The position numbers and the translations under genes were made by a program. From Candidatus Binataceae bacterium (lineage in GTDB: Bacteria; Desulfobacterota; Binatia; Binatales; Binataceae), in the NCBI GenBank assembly GCA_036489375.1, contig DASXFX010000054.1, forward strand, positions 210 through 64,209: a DNA stretch of 64,000 nucleotides, given 5' to 3'. The notes below the pieces were generated by a model. It was not told where the DNA came from and made no database searches. It saw only the letters and a list, made by a program, of their open reading frames with translations. Below are positions 62,182 through 64,000 of this stretch, in pieces (within the stretch, counting starts at the first letter, position 1; each line of letters opens with the position of its first letter).

Positions 62182-63417
62182 CTAATCGCCCTCTCTCATC
62201 GTTCCGGCACTTATATATTCTTCCGCCACTTTGTGATGTTGACGGATCAGCAGTTCCTGATCCTGCAGCACCATTTCCGTCTTCGCCCCCGATGCCAGCA
62301 TCGTCTGGGTCCGTTCAAGCGTGCTGCCGTCCTCCATATTGATGTCGCGAAGAATGACCTTGGCGTATTCCTGGCTGAACCGCTCCGCCAGCGTCTTCGC
62401 CTTGGGATAATAGAACCGCGCCTCCCACAGCGTGCGGTCTTCCGCCAGCGGCCAGAAGATGTGCGTCAGGTACGATCTTTCTGACACGTACATCAGGCAA
62501 TTCGGGAAGATCGCGTTGCCGTCCGTCGCCCAGCGCGGGTCGCGCGTCGGGTTTATACCTTTCGGCGGGTTGATGCTCGCGTGCTTGATCACGGTGGCGC
62601 CGGAGCCGTACCGCAGCGCGAAGGACTCGACCGTCGTCGGCTTGCGATCGTAATTTCCGCCGAGCGAAATCCGGCCATGACGCGGATACAGCGTGAAGTT
62701 CAGCGCGTGTCCATATTTGTTCACCGTGTCGGAAAACACATTCGGGATCGTCTTATGATGCAACGTCGGGATGTGCCACACCTCCTGAAAAGCGTCCTTG
62801 ATCACTTTCCAGTTGGCTTTTATCTCGGTCTGCCAGAAAAACAGTGTGGCCCCTAGTTCGCCAAAGGGATAGCCGCCGAACCCCGTCCCTATTTCCCCAA
62901 GATACTCGCGCAGGCTCTCCACCGGATGCGGGTCCGCGTTGATAAACACGAACCCTTCCCAGGTATCGACCGCGATCGGCGTCATTCCGAGGTCGGCCTT
63001 GTTCAAATTGAAAAAACTCGCCTCGTCCGCGATGTGACTCAGCGACCCGTCGAGGGCATAGGCCCAGCCGTGGAACTTGCACGTGAACAGACCCTTGCAA
63101 GTTCCGCCGGTATCCGCAACCAGCTTGTTGCCGCGATGCGCGCACATGTTATGAAACGCGCGGATCGCGCCGTCCTTGCCGCGCACGATCAATATCGACG
63201 TCTGCAGCACTGCCAGGTCTTTGACGAAGTAGTCGCCCGGATTCGGAATCTGCTCGACCCGTCCTATATTGAGCCACACCTTGCGAAAAATCTGCGCGCG
63301 CTCCTTCTCGAAATAATCGCGCGAGACGTAAGGCTCGATCGGGATCGGCCCGGTCCCGAGCTCGGGATATTGGTCGTGCCATTTCTTTTCGTTCGATGTG
63401 CGCAGGGCAGTAGCCAT
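62182..63417 (-). CDS. Rieske-type aromatic ring-hydroxylating oxygenase alpha subunit
   Basis: It has the Rieske boxes CAHRGNKL and CKFHGWAY. I prefer the start at MATALRTS (63417); the ORF is open to 63519. Confidence 0.85.
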   Translation of the reverse strand: MATALRTSNEKKWHDQYPELGTGPIPIEPYVSRDYFEKERAQIFRKVWLNIGRVEQIPNPGDYFVKDLAVLQTSILIVRGKDGAIRAFHNMCAHRGNKLVADTGGTCKGLFTCKFHGWAYALDGSLSHIADEASFFNLNKADLGMTPIAVDTWEGFVFINADPHPVESLREYLGEIGTGFGGYPFGELGATLFFWQTEIKANWKVIKDAFQEVWHIPTLHHKTIPNVFSDTVNKYGHALNFTLYPRHGRISLGGNYDRKPTTVESFALRYGSGATVIKHASINPPKGINPTRDPRWATDGNAIFPNCLMYVSERSYLTHIFWPLAEDRTLWEARFYYPKAKTLAERFSQEYAKVILRDINMEDGSTLERTQTMLASGAKTEMVLQDQELLIRQHHKVAEEYISAGTMREGD

Positions 63418-63436
63418 CGCCGGGGCCTCCTCGATT

Positions 63437-63763
63437 TCAATCGTGGACCGGAACGAACCTGGTGTATTCGTAGCCATCGACCACGCCCGGCTGTCCGAAG
63501 TTTTCAACCGCCGGCGCAACCTCCGCCAGCGACAGGGTCATGAAGAACAGCCGCTTTACGTCGTCCGGCGCGGCATCCAGCGGAAAATCGTTCAGGTGCT
63601 TCAGAATCTCGTCGAGCCGCGCCACCATCGCATCGTAGAAAGCTTTGATTGCCGCCATCCCGATAGTCTGGCGCCGGGCCGTTCGTTCCCGCTCCGTCGC
63701 CAACGACCAGTCGATGAACGATTCGAGTCCCGCAAACGCCGCCGGTAATTGTCGTTCAGCCAT
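63437..63763 (-). CDS. hypothetical protein
   Basis: This 108-aa ORF ends 19 nt upstream of the oxygenase start on the same strand. I recognise no motif. Confidence 0.4.
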   Translation of the reverse strand: MAERQLPAAFAGLESFIDWSLATERERTARRQTIGMAAIKAFYDAMVARLDEILKHLNDFPLDAAPDDVKRLFFMTLSLAEVAPAVENFGQPGVVDGYEYTRFVPVHD

Positions 63764-63807
63764 TCTTCATGCCCCCGCTCTGGCGTGATATCGAGTTGCC
63801 CTACCTC

Positions 63808-64000
63808 TCAGGAGTAGCGCGGCAGCAGCTTCTTGCCGAACACTTCGATTTGCCGCTTCACTTCGTCCTTCGGCAGGAATCCCTGGTCTCCCTGCCATAC
63901 GAACCACTCGGGGTTGGCCTTCTCGACCAGCTCGTCGAGCCCACGCTTTACGTCATCCACCGATCCCATGTACGCAAACTTCACCCGCTCAATCCGATCG
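63808..64000 (-). CDS. 3' part of an LLM-class oxidoreductase gene, cut by the window edge
   Basis: The minus-strand frame ends ...IEVFGKKLLPRYS-TGA (stop at 63808-63810), paralleling the ...LFANKVMPRFS terminus of the 61053 LLM gene. Confidence 0.5.
   Translation of the reverse strand, partial: DRIERVKFAYMGSVDDVKRGLDELVEKANPEWFVWQGDQGFLPKDEVKRQIEVFGKKLLPRYS

Noticed and set aside
1-64000. Mobile elements or genomic-island boundaries
   Set aside because: I recognised no transposase, integrase, recombinase, phage or conjugation gene, no intact tRNA and no long terminal repeats. The only signs of plasticity are the ABC-2 remnant and the local tandem repeats.

Overview
This is a GC-rich bacterial chromosomal segment with about 65 well-supported protein-coding genes. 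I found no rRNA gene, no intact tRNA gene, no CRISPR array, and no transposase or integrase. All protein-family calls rest on motifs read by eye from the ORF translations, because no database search was possible.

Most of the window is catabolic. It encodes:
- acyl-CoA dehydrogenases, enoyl-CoA hydratases and family-III CoA-transferases;
- a thiolase-like protein and a DUF35 protein;
- SDR and MDR dehydrogenases and several luciferase-like (LLM) flavin/F420-type oxidoreductases;
- Rieske ring-hydroxylating oxygenase subunits, an epoxide hydrolase, an amidohydrolase, and Gfa/GFA formaldehyde-related proteins.

The blocks that stand out are:
1. **40.9-48.2 kb.** A tightly coupled minus-strand cassette encodes an FHA/zinc-ribbon protein, a MotA/TolQ/ExbB-like channel, two tandem TolR/ExbD-like paralogs, a zinc-ribbon/FHA protein, a PP2C phosphatase and a zinc-ribbon Hanks kinase. 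A leaderless GH25 muramidase with a Thr-rich tail is transcribed divergently from it. This is my best candidate for an undescribed system, a proton-motor module under Ser/Thr phospho-control.
2. **6.5-10.3 kb.** A 1241-aa patatin/cPLA2-like lipase has its Ser and Asp catalytic motifs separated by a polytopic membrane domain and two internal tandem-repeat regions.
3. **17.1-25.0 kb.** An eight-gene respiratory super-operon combines a caa3 oxidase, a diheme cytochrome c, a Rieske protein, a cytochrome b with a fused c domain, and CtaG.
4. **26.3-29.4 kb.** A gene pair resembling a two-subunit N,N-dimethylformamidase sits next to a GFA-family gene.
5. **35.2-37.3 kb.** A repeat-rich long intergenic region contains a 27-bp tandem repeat, and a remnant of an ABC-2 permease gene lies nearby.

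The many long antisense ORFs in the track are typical high-GC artefacts, and I rejected them.
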